From Clostridia bacterium (GTDB taxonomy: Bacteria > Bacillota > Clostridia > Christensenellales > CAG-314), in NCBI GenBank assembly GCA_017500855.1, contig JAFVYC010000018.1, positions 17,400-81,399 of the forward strand: a stretch of DNA of 64,000 nt, read 5' to 3'. Shown here piece by piece: positions 33,958 to 41,835 of this stretch (position 1 is its first letter; every line of letters begins with the position of its first letter). Under the pieces are notes generated by a model. That model made no database searches. It had not been told where the DNA came from and saw nothing but the letters and a program-made list of their open reading frames with translations. Made by a program: the position numbers and the translations under genes.

Positions 33958-34265
33958 CTTTGTAGTTGCCACCACCAAAATGCAACCAATGGGAACTTTG
34001 TAGTTACAGCCACCAATTTGCAACCAATGGGAACTTTGCAGTTGCCACCACCAAATATTGGCACACGTGTTGGCTGTTTTGACTACCAACGGGCGCTTTG
34101 TAGTTACAACCACCAAAATGCGACCGATGGGAATTTTGTAGTTACAGCCACCAATTTGCAACCAATGGGAACTTTGTAGTTGCAACCACCAAATATTGGC
34201 ACACGTGTTGGCTGTTTTGACTACCAACGGATGCTTTGTAGTTGCAACCACCGTTTTTGTGGGGG
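33958..34265. repeat. Nested tandem repeat: 38-bp subunits organised in a 138-bp higher-order unit (2.2 copies)
   Basis: Subunits start ctttgtagtt at 33958, 33996, 34034, 34096, 34134, 34172 and 34234. Every third subunit is extended by ggcacacgtgttggctgttttgactaccaacgg. Confidence 0.9.
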
Positions 34266-34272
34266 ACGTGTG

Positions 34273-34866
34273 CTATTCTTTGGTTCTCACACGCAATGGA
34301 ACGCCAAGTTTTTTGGCAAGTTGTTGGCATTTTTCCACGTCGTCCTTGCCAATGCTGTCCACAACGGAAAACACAACTTTTCCACCACGACGTTTGCAAA
34401 GTTGGGCAAATTCCAACAGCGCATCGAATGCGTCCTTGCCAAAAATGCTTTTGCAATGTTGTTGGTATTTTTCCGCCGTGCATTCGTTCAAGGAAATGTT
34501 GATGACGTCGCAACTTTCCACAATAACGTCGGAAACGTCCTGCCCGTGTATCAAATTTGCTTGTCCATTGGTGTTGATGCGTGTTGTTTTGTCGATGCAG
34601 TGCAAGTAGCTTGCAACTTCGTCTAGCGTTTCCAAGTTGTAGGTTGGCTCGCCAAACCCACAAAACACAATTTCGTCGTCGAAATCGTCCAAGTTTTGCG
34701 GAAGTTGCGCAATGACTTCGTCGGCATCCGGTTCGTTCTTGATCCACAACGTTGTGTTTTGCATGCCTTGCCTTCCTTGGCGGATGCAAAAGTCGCAATT
34801 GTTGCTACAACGGTTGGTAAGATTGATGTAGATTTTGTTGCCTATGGTGTACACGTAGTTATCCAT
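34273..34866 (-). CDS. Radical SAM protein, TatD-family-associated type
   Basis: CSNNCDFC (CX3CX2C) at the N-terminus, GFGEPT, small size. Located immediately downstream of tatD as in the described TatD-associated radical SAM family. Confidence 0.8.
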   Translation of the reverse strand: MDNYVYTIGNKIYINLTNRCSNNCDFCIRQGRQGMQNTTLWIKNEPDADEVIAQLPQNLDDFDDEIVFCGFGEPTYNLETLDEVASYLHCIDKTTRINTNGQANLIHGQDVSDVIVESCDVINISLNECTAEKYQQHCKSIFGKDAFDALLEFAQLCKRRGGKVVFSVVDSIGKDDVEKCQQLAKKLGVPLRVRTKE

Positions 34867-34905
34867 GGTATCTCCAAGTGTTGGTTTTTTGCACCACGTG
34901 GTGCG

Positions 34906-35688
34906 TTATTTGTTGAAAAACAACTGAATTTTGGGAAAAAGTTTCAGCGCATTTTGTCTGATTTGTTGTTGCATTTGTTGTGTGGAAACGCCGTACATTT
35001 CGGCAAGTTTTGCCACAACAAGGGGGATGTTCAACGGCGTGTTGACAGTTCCACGAAGTGGCACGGGCGCCATGTAGGGGCTGTCCGTTTCGCACAAAAT
35101 TCTGTCTAGTGGAATTTGCTTCAACACGTCTTCTTTTTTGGCGTTTTTGAAGGTTACTGCGCCACCAAATGCAAAGTAGTGCCCTTCCCTTGCCATTTGC
35201 CTTGCAAACTCGGCGCTTCCGCTGTAGCAATGCCACAAAATGCCGTTGTTCAAGTGTTGCTTTTGCGCTTGCAAAATGTCCCACGCATCGCCAAATGCAT
35301 CTCTCACGTGCAACGTGATGGGCAAGTGCAGTTTGTCGGCAATTTCTATTTGTTGGGCAAAAACGTCCCTTTGCACGCCTCTTTCCGACAAATCGTAGTA
35401 GTAGTCCAAGCCAATTTCGCCAACAGCCACAACTTTGTTGTGTGGCGCAAGTTCTTGCATTTTTTGCACGAACTTTTCGTCGAAAAATTTGCTGTCGTGC
35501 GGGTGCATTCCCACCGTGCAAAACACTTTGGCGTACTTTTGGGCAAGCGCAAAACCGTCTACCATGCTTTGGTAGTTGCAACTGTTGTTTATCACAAAGG
35601 CAAAGTTTTGCTTGTCTAGTTCCGCCACAATTTGCTCCACGTTGCCCTTCAATTGTTCGTCGTCCAAGTGAAGGTGAGAGTCAATCAT
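34906..35688 (-). CDS. tatD: TatD-family metal-dependent hydrolase (DNase)
   Basis: MIDSHLHLDD, VGEIGLDYYY, LHVRDA, HCYSG, ETDSPYM. The ATG directly abuts the metG stop. Confidence 0.9.
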   Translation of the reverse strand: MIDSHLHLDDEQLKGNVEQIVAELDKQNFAFVINNSCNYQSMVDGFALAQKYAKVFCTVGMHPHDSKFFDEKFVQKMQELAPHNKVVAVGEIGLDYYYDLSERGVQRDVFAQQIEIADKLHLPITLHVRDAFGDAWDILQAQKQHLNNGILWHCYSGSAEFARQMAREGHYFAFGGAVTFKNAKKEDVLKQIPLDRILCETDSPYMAPVPLRGTVNTPLNIPLVVAKLAEMYGVSTQQMQQQIRQNALKLFPKIQLFFNK

Positions 35689-37623
35689 CTATCTGACCTC
35701 CTTGCCACTGTCCATGTCCTTTTCGGGGGTGACAAACACAACGGATTTGTCGTCGGATGCGCACAAAATCATGCCGTTGCTTTCCACACCACGGATTTTG
35801 GCAGGTTTCAAGTTCTTCACAAGCACAACTGTTTTGCCAATCATGTAGTCGGGGCTGTAGTGTTGCGCAATACCGCTGACAACTTGGCGCACTTCGTCGC
35901 CTACTTGCAGTTTGAACACAAGCAACTTGTCGCTTTTTGCAACCTTTTCGCAAGAAAGCACCTTGGCTGTGCAAAGTTTGATTTTTGCAAAGTCGGCAAT
36001 GTCAACAAGTTCTTCGTCTTGCTTTGGTTCTGCCTTGGGTTGGTTTTTGGATGCAAGTTCTTGGGCAATTTTTTCCAATTCCTTCAGTTCCTTTTGGATG
36101 TCGATGCGGTTGAACAAGTTTTCGCCCTTGGTCACAACAGTTCCACTGGGTGTGCCACCAAAGTTTTGCAAACCGTCGAAGTTTGTTGGCATTGGCAAGC
36201 CAAGTTTTTGGAAAATGCGACTTGACGTGTTGGTAACAAAAGGCGCAAGCAACGTAGCCGAGAAGCGAATGCATTCGCACAAAACGTACATAACCGTTGC
36301 AAGGCGTTCTTTGTCGCCATTTTTGTTCAATGCCCAAGGCATTGTTTCGTCGATGTACTTGTTGGCACGTTGCACAATTTTGAAGATGTTGCAAAGCGCA
36401 TCCGGTGCGGAAAGGTTGTCGATGTCGACACGCACCTTGCCAAGTGTTGCAAGGCACAAGTCGATTAGTTCACGGTCCAGTTCGGTGTAGGCGTTTGGCG
36501 CAGGGATTGTCCCACCAAAGTACTGCGTCACCATTGCCGTTGTTCTGCTCACAAGGTTGCCAAGGTCGTTTACCAAATCGCTGTTGGTGCGTGCAAGCAA
36601 CGCTTCGTTTGTGTACACACCGTCGCTTCCAAATGGAATTTCACGAAGCAAGAAGTAGCGAATTGCATCAATGCCGTACCTTTCAACAAGGAAGAATGGG
36701 TCAACAATGTTGCCCTTGGATTTGCTCATTTTGTCGTTGCCGAAAAGCAACCAACCGTGTCCGTACACCTTTTTGGGCAATGGCAAATCCAAAGCCATCA
36801 AAAGCGCAGGCCAAATGATGGTGTGGAAGCGCACAATTTCCTTGCCCACCATGTGCAAGTCGGCTGGCCAGTACTTGCCAAACAAACTGTCGTCTTCTTG
36901 CAAGTAGCCAAGCGCAGTGATGTAGTTGGAAAGAGCGTCAACCCACACGTAGGCAACGTGTTTTGGGTCGAACGGGACCTTCACGCCCCAGTCGAAAGTG
37001 GTGCGGGAAACGCACAAATCCTTCAATCCGGGCTTGATGAAGTTGTTGATCATTTCGTTCATGCGAGATTTTGGCGAAATAAATTCGGGGTTTTCTTCGT
37101 AGAACTTGATGAGCCTGTCTTGGTACTTGGAAAGGCGGAAGAAGTAACTTTCTTCCTTTTCCAACTTGACTTCTCTGCCACAGTCGGGGCATTTGCCGTC
37201 CACAAGTTGGCTTTCAGTCCAGAAGGATTCGCAAGGCGTGCAGTACCAGCCTTGGTATTCCGATTTGTAGATGTCGCCGTTTTCAAGCAGTTTTTCGTAG
37301 ATTTTTTGCACGGTCGCTTCGTGGTAGTCGTCGGTTGTGCGAATGAACTTGTCGTAGGAAATATCCAACACCTTCCAAAGGTCCACAATTTGGTCGTACA
37401 GTTTGTCTACAAATTGCTTGGGTGTCACGCCGGCATCCTTTGCACGTTGTTGCACCTTTTGACCGTGTTCGTCTGTTCCGGTAAGGTAGAAAACGTCGTA
37501 GCCATCCATGCGCTTGAAGCGAGCAATGGCGTCGCAAATAACAGTTGTGTAGCAGTGTCCCAAGTGGAAAGATCCGCTGGAGTAGTAGATGGGTGTTGTG
37601 ATGTAGTAAGGTTTTTTGCACAT
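35689..37623 (-). CDS. metG: Methionine--tRNA ligase with a C-terminal tRNA-binding (EMAP/Trbp111-like) domain
   Basis: YYITTPIYYSSGSFHLGHCY (HIGH-class), KMSKSKGN (KMSKS), zinc knuckles CTPCE ... CPDCG. C-terminal FAKIKLCTAKVLSCEKV ... SNGMILCA. AAGAGG SD before ATG 37623. Confidence 0.95.
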   Translation of the reverse strand: MCKKPYYITTPIYYSSGSFHLGHCYTTVICDAIARFKRMDGYDVFYLTGTDEHGQKVQQRAKDAGVTPKQFVDKLYDQIVDLWKVLDISYDKFIRTTDDYHEATVQKIYEKLLENGDIYKSEYQGWYCTPCESFWTESQLVDGKCPDCGREVKLEKEESYFFRLSKYQDRLIKFYEENPEFISPKSRMNEMINNFIKPGLKDLCVSRTTFDWGVKVPFDPKHVAYVWVDALSNYITALGYLQEDDSLFGKYWPADLHMVGKEIVRFHTIIWPALLMALDLPLPKKVYGHGWLLFGNDKMSKSKGNIVDPFFLVERYGIDAIRYFLLREIPFGSDGVYTNEALLARTNSDLVNDLGNLVSRTTAMVTQYFGGTIPAPNAYTELDRELIDLCLATLGKVRVDIDNLSAPDALCNIFKIVQRANKYIDETMPWALNKNGDKERLATVMYVLCECIRFSATLLAPFVTNTSSRIFQKLGLPMPTNFDGLQNFGGTPSGTVVTKGENLFNRIDIQKELKELEKIAQELASKNQPKAEPKQDEELVDIADFAKIKLCTAKVLSCEKVAKSDKLLVFKLQVGDEVRQVVSGIAQHYSPDYMIGKTVVLVKNLKPAKIRGVESNGMILCASDDKSVVFVTPEKDMDSGKEVR

Positions 37624-37701
37624 AATTTTACCTCTTTTCCGCAGGGCAAATGAAACCCGCAGGACGTTGAAATTCCAAAACACAAGCAAGGCGCCCATAT
37701 T

Positions 37702-37723
37702 TTGGTATTATATATTATACCAA
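37702..37723. promoter_or_regulatory. 22-bp near-perfect palindrome containing two back-to-back extended -10 elements
   Basis: ttggtattatatattataccaa has 1 mismatch. The minus strand reads TGGTATAAT (metG promoter, about 85-nt leader). The plus strand reads TGGTATTAT. Confidence 0.5.
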
Positions 37724-38304
37724 CAAAGATATATTTTGTAAAGAACAAAAGGGCAAGTTGTTGCAAGATGATGGGCTGTTGCGGGAATTTTTTGCAAAAA
37801 ACTTGCAAATTTTTGCCTTCTTGCTTGATTGTTGCAATGGTGCGCAAGTCAACGTTTGCAACAGCAAAAATTTTGTTGGCAGTTGCAAACAGCCAAAACA
37901 AAACGAGGAAATTTGCAAAACGTCCACCCCGTGTGCAAAATTCTTTGGCTGTGTTTTTGCTTGTGGGAAAAGGCATTTGCATGTTGCAACGGTCAAACAA
38001 ATTGCAAAATGCAACAAGGCGTTTCAACTGCAAGCATTTGTTTTCAATGCCTTGGGCAACAAGGCGTAAAACATGCTTTGTTGTGCGCAAGAAAATTTCG
38101 CAGTGGTAACCAACAAACTACTTGCTAAACAAGCAACAACGGAAAACTGCAAGCGTTTTTTCTCAAAGTCCAAAAGACAACAAAGTGCAAAAATGCCACC
38201 CCGTGTGCAAAAATTGGGGCGAATGGGGTTGATTTGTGCGGTGCAATGGCTAGCAAAACCAAGTTGCTTGGAATATGCAGGGGGTGGAAAAAATACAATG
38301 AAGC

Positions 38305-38859
38305 ATGAATATTGTGTGGACAAGTGTTGTAGTTGTGTGTTTGGTGGCAATGGCGTTTTCCAATCCAAGTGGTGCGCTGACTGTTTGCGTGCAGTCCATG
38401 TCGCAAGGCATTTCCGTGGCTGTGGAACTTTGCGCCGTGTACTGCCTGTGGATGGGCGTGTTTGCCGTGGCGGAAAAATGCTTGCTTGTGGAAAAACTGG
38501 CAAGCGTTTGTGGTGGAGTGTTGAAGTGGCTGTTTGGTAGCATTTCGCCAAAAGCCAAGGGCTACATTGCATTGAACGTTGCTTCCAATTTGCTTGGAGT
38601 GGGCAATGCATCCACGCCCTCGGCACAAAGCGCCATCAAGGAAATGGAACACGGAAGCAAACTTTCCCGTGCAGGCGCAATGCTGTTTGTGATCAACGCA
38701 ACAAGCATCCAACTTGTGCCAACAACGGTGGTGGGGCTTAGGGCAAGTTGTGGCTCGGCAAACCCTGCCGACATCGTTTTGCCCACTTTGCTTTGCACGC
38801 TTGCAACAACGGTGCTTGGTGTGGCGTTTGTGTTTTTGGGGTACGGGGTGGCAAAATGA
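38305..38859 (+). CDS. spmA: Spore maturation protein A (nucleoside-recognition-domain membrane protein)
   Basis: MNIVWTSVVVVCLVAMAF ... GISVAVELCAVYCLWMGVFAVAEK ... NVASNLLGVGNASTP matches the SpmA pattern. 4-nt overlap with spmB. Confidence 0.8.
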   Translation: MNIVWTSVVVVCLVAMAFSNPSGALTVCVQSMSQGISVAVELCAVYCLWMGVFAVAEKCLLVEKLASVCGGVLKWLFGSISPKAKGYIALNVASNLLGVGNASTPSAQSAIKEMEHGSKLSRAGAMLFVINATSIQLVPTTVVGLRASCGSANPADIVLPTLLCTLATTVLGVAFVFLGYGVAK

Positions 38860-39359
38860 GCATGATTGTGCCTTGTTTGGTGGCGTTGCTACTTGCTTTT
38901 GCGCTGTTCAAAAAGGTGGACGTGTACGGCAGTTTCGTTGGTGGGGCAAAAAACGCCGTTGGCACGGCAGTTGGCGTGCTTCCGTATTTGTCGGCAATGT
39001 TTTTGATGGTCAACTTGCTTCGTGCAAGTGGAATTGGTGGGTACGTGGTGGACTTTTTGGCGTTTCCACTGTCCTTTTTGGGCATTCCCAAACAACTTGT
39101 GGAACTGATGCTTCTTCGCCCCTTTTCCGGCAGTGGAAGTTTGGCAATTTTGAAGGACGTGTACCTTCAACACGGGGTGGACACCTACGTTGGTCGTTGC
39201 GCAAGTGTCATCATGGGCAGTAGCGAAACGGTTTTCTACGTGTCGGCTGTGTACTTTGCAGGCACCAAAATCAAGCACACGGGGTGGGCAATTCCCATTG
39301 CTTTGTTTTGCAACCTTGTGGGTGGTGTGCTTGCTTGTTGGCTTTGCAAGGTGTTGTAG
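38856..39359 (+). CDS. spmB: Spore maturation protein B
   Basis: LLRPFSGSGSLAILKDV ... GSSETVFYVSAVYF. ATGA overlap with spmA. Confidence 0.8.
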   Translation: MSMIVPCLVALLLAFALFKKVDVYGSFVGGAKNAVGTAVGVLPYLSAMFLMVNLLRASGIGGYVVDFLAFPLSFLGIPKQLVELMLLRPFSGSGSLAILKDVYLQHGVDTYVGRCASVIMGSSETVFYVSAVYFAGTKIKHTGWAIPIALFCNLVGGVLACWLCKVL

Positions 39360-39444
39360 CGACATTTTCGTGCAAAAAAGCACATTCTTTGGCAATTCTT
39401 TTGGCGTGCCGTCCTATTCAATGTAGGCAAATTGGAGGCATGTT

Positions 39445-41700
39445 GTGAAAAAGAAAAATTGGGCAACCAAGTTGCTGTTTTACCTTTGCTACACGGTGTT
39501 TTGCTGTGTTGGCAACAATTTGTTGGATGGCGCCATTTCCTTTGGCGTGTTTGTGGGTGGGCTGTATGCAGGCAACCCCATTGTAGTGGCAATTTTGTAC
39601 GTTGCAAGTTGCTTTTTGAGTGGTTTCGACTTTGTTTTGCAAGGCGTTGTGAGGGCAATTGTGTTGCTTGTTGCCGTGTTTGTGCACAAACTGTGCAAAA
39701 AGCCCATTGGCAAGCTACTTTTGGTGGTGTACTGCTTGCTTGCCAACGTCTTCTACTGCGCACACAACTTTTCCACCTACTTCGTGTTGTTCGACAAACT
39801 GCTGTTTGTTGCTTTGGGCACGGCGTTTGCGTTGGTGTGCGTGTACGTTTTCCGTGTGCTGTTCGTGCGTGGCATTGCCTACCAACCGCAACTCGACGAA
39901 ACGGTGTGTTTGTGCCTGTTCGTGGTGGCGCAAACCTACTGCCTTTCCCACCTGCAATGTGGCGTGTTTGAACCTTTGTTGTTTGTAGTTCCCTTTTTGC
40001 TGTTGTTTGTTGTTTGCACCCTTGGCGACAAGCATTGCTTGCTACTTTCAGTGCTTTTTGGCGTGGGCAACATTCTTTGCACGGGGCAATTGGAACTTGC
40101 CATGCTGTTTGTTTTCTTTGCCGTGTGCTGTGTTGCTTTTTGCAAAATAAACAGATACGTGTCGGCAATTTCCCTTGTTATCGTCGACGTTTTGATGTGC
40201 TACTTCTTCAACGTTCACGGCCAGTTTTCCACCCTTGTTTTCGTGCCGACGGTTGTTGGGTGCTTTTTGTTTGTGGTGGTGCCAACCAAAGCAATCAACT
40301 ACTGCAAGGACGTGTTGTTGATGTGTGGCAACCATCATTTGCAAAACGGCATCGTTCAGCAAATGGGCTTCAATCTTTCCAAAAAACTGTACCGACTTTC
40401 GGAAATTTTCCTTTCCATGAAGAACTGTTTTGTGGCAATGTCTGTTGGCTCCATTTCCAAGGAGCAAGCGCAAATTGCATTGAGCCGTCAATGTTGCGAA
40501 AACGTGTGTCAGCAATGCAAACAGCGCACCCGTTGTTGGCGAAACGACGTTGCGCAAACGGAAAAGGGCTTTTTGCAACTGTCGCAATGCGCACTTGAAC
40601 GGGGCAAATGCACCCTTCTCGACATTCCGCAAGTGCTGACTGTTCGTTGCGACAGGCTCCCTGCTCTTGTTTCGGAAATCAATTCCCTTGCGCAGTCCTA
40701 CAGCAACTACATTTCCACAACCACCCAACGGGATGCAGGCAAACTGCTTGTTGGCGAACAAATGGGTGGCGTGTCGGCCCTTCTTGCTCAACTTGCGCAA
40801 GACTGCAAGGGCAAGGTGCTGTTCGATGGGCAAAAGGAACGGCAAATTGTGCAAAAACTTGTGTTCTACAACGTGCTGTGCAGTGGCGCCGTGCTTTTGC
40901 AACAAAACAACAGTTTGCAAGTCGTCGTCACCATTGCCAAAAAGGACGAAAACAAACCCCTCATTGCCAAAATAGTGGCATCCGTGGTCAAGCAAAAGAT
41001 GACGGTGTGCCACGTGGAAGAAGTTTCCGATGCGTGGGAAAACGTCTACTTGTTTGTGACGCCACGCTTTGCCGTGGAAATGGGGCTTAGGCAAGTTTGC
41101 AAGCACGGTAGCGCCCTTTCCGGCGACACGCACAGTTTTGTCAAAACGGAAAACGGCAAGTGCATTGCCACCCTTTGCGACGGCATGGGCAGTGGAAGCA
41201 AGGCGGAAAACATGTCGGCAACGGCAATTGGATTGGTCGAGTGCTTCTATCGTGCAGGTTTCGACAACGACGTGGTGCTTTCTTGCGTCAACAACATGCT
41301 CACAAGCAGTGGCAACGAAGTGTTTTGCGCCGTGGACGTTTGCGCCATAGATTTGTACAACGGGTTGGTGGATTTTGTCAAACTTGGCGCACCAGTTGGC
41401 ATGGTCAAAAGTGGCAAGGAGGTGCAAATTGTTGAAGGTGGCAGTTTGCCCCTTGGCGTGTTGGAAGAAATGACGCCCAGCATCACCAAAAAGGCGCTTT
41501 GCTCGGGCGACATGGTGCTTCTGGCAACCGACGGGCTGTTCGATTGCCTTGGTGGGGCGGAAGCCGTGCAAAGTTGTTTTGCCGAACAAACGCTCACAAA
41601 CCCACAAAGCGTTGCCAATGCGCTGATGGACAAGGCTCTTCGTGCCTGTGGCAACAAACCCATGGATGACGCCACAATTTGCATCATCAAGGTGGTGTAG
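39445..41700 (+). CDS. spoIIE: Stage II sporulation protein E (PP2C phosphatase with an N-terminal 10-TM domain)
   Basis: Long polytopic N-terminus; C-terminal PP2C blocks SGDTHSF, CDGMGSG, ATDGLFD, DDATICIIKV. GTG start after GGAGG. Confidence 0.9.
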   Translation: MKKKNWATKLLFYLCYTVFCCVGNNLLDGAISFGVFVGGLYAGNPIVVAILYVASCFLSGFDFVLQGVVRAIVLLVAVFVHKLCKKPIGKLLLVVYCLLANVFYCAHNFSTYFVLFDKLLFVALGTAFALVCVYVFRVLFVRGIAYQPQLDETVCLCLFVVAQTYCLSHLQCGVFEPLLFVVPFLLLFVVCTLGDKHCLLLSVLFGVGNILCTGQLELAMLFVFFAVCCVAFCKINRYVSAISLVIVDVLMCYFFNVHGQFSTLVFVPTVVGCFLFVVVPTKAINYCKDVLLMCGNHHLQNGIVQQMGFNLSKKLYRLSEIFLSMKNCFVAMSVGSISKEQAQIALSRQCCENVCQQCKQRTRCWRNDVAQTEKGFLQLSQCALERGKCTLLDIPQVLTVRCDRLPALVSEINSLAQSYSNYISTTTQRDAGKLLVGEQMGGVSALLAQLAQDCKGKVLFDGQKERQIVQKLVFYNVLCSGAVLLQQNNSLQVVVTIAKKDENKPLIAKIVASVVKQKMTVCHVEEVSDAWENVYLFVTPRFAVEMGLRQVCKHGSALSGDTHSFVKTENGKCIATLCDGMGSGSKAENMSATAIGLVECFYRAGFDNDVVLSCVNNMLTSSGNEVFCAVDVCAIDLYNGLVDFVKLGAPVGMVKSGKEVQIVEGGSLPLGVLEEMTPSITKKALCSGDMVLLATDGLFDCLGGAEAVQSCFAEQTLTNPQSVANALMDKALRACGNKPMDDATICIIKVV

Positions 41701-41775
41701 AGGGCGCATTTGCCACTTTCTTGGGCAATTTGTACATATATTTATATTTTTGTTGGCAATTTCCGTTGGCAGAAC

Positions 41776-41804
41776 TTGACATTTTTTGCACATTGAACTA
41801 CAAT
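41776..41804 (+). promoter_or_regulatory. Consensus promoter of leuS
   Basis: TTGACA-N17-TACAAT with an AT-rich tract (atatatttatattttt) about 30 nt upstream. No T-box leader (only about 25 nt to the ATG). Confidence 0.6.
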
Positions 41805-41835
41805 TCTACTGATACTTTTTAGAGAGGTTTTTTCT

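Noticed and set aside
33958-34265. A CRISPR array, also considered for 9244-9440.
   Set aside because: The repeats abut one another with no unique spacers, the units are degenerate and nested, and there are no cas genes in the window.
37624-37723. T-box leaders upstream of metG, and of leuS at 41701-41835.
   Set aside because: The leaders are only about 85 nt and about 25 nt. There is no specifier loop, no T-box sequence (AAnnnGGGUGGnACC-type) and no terminator/antiterminator pair.
37702-38109. ORFs of 100-135 aa in the metG/spmA intergenic region.
   Set aside because: They are multiple mutually overlapping frames, Cys/Lys-rich, with no SD and with embedded palindromic elements. None resembles a protein family I know.
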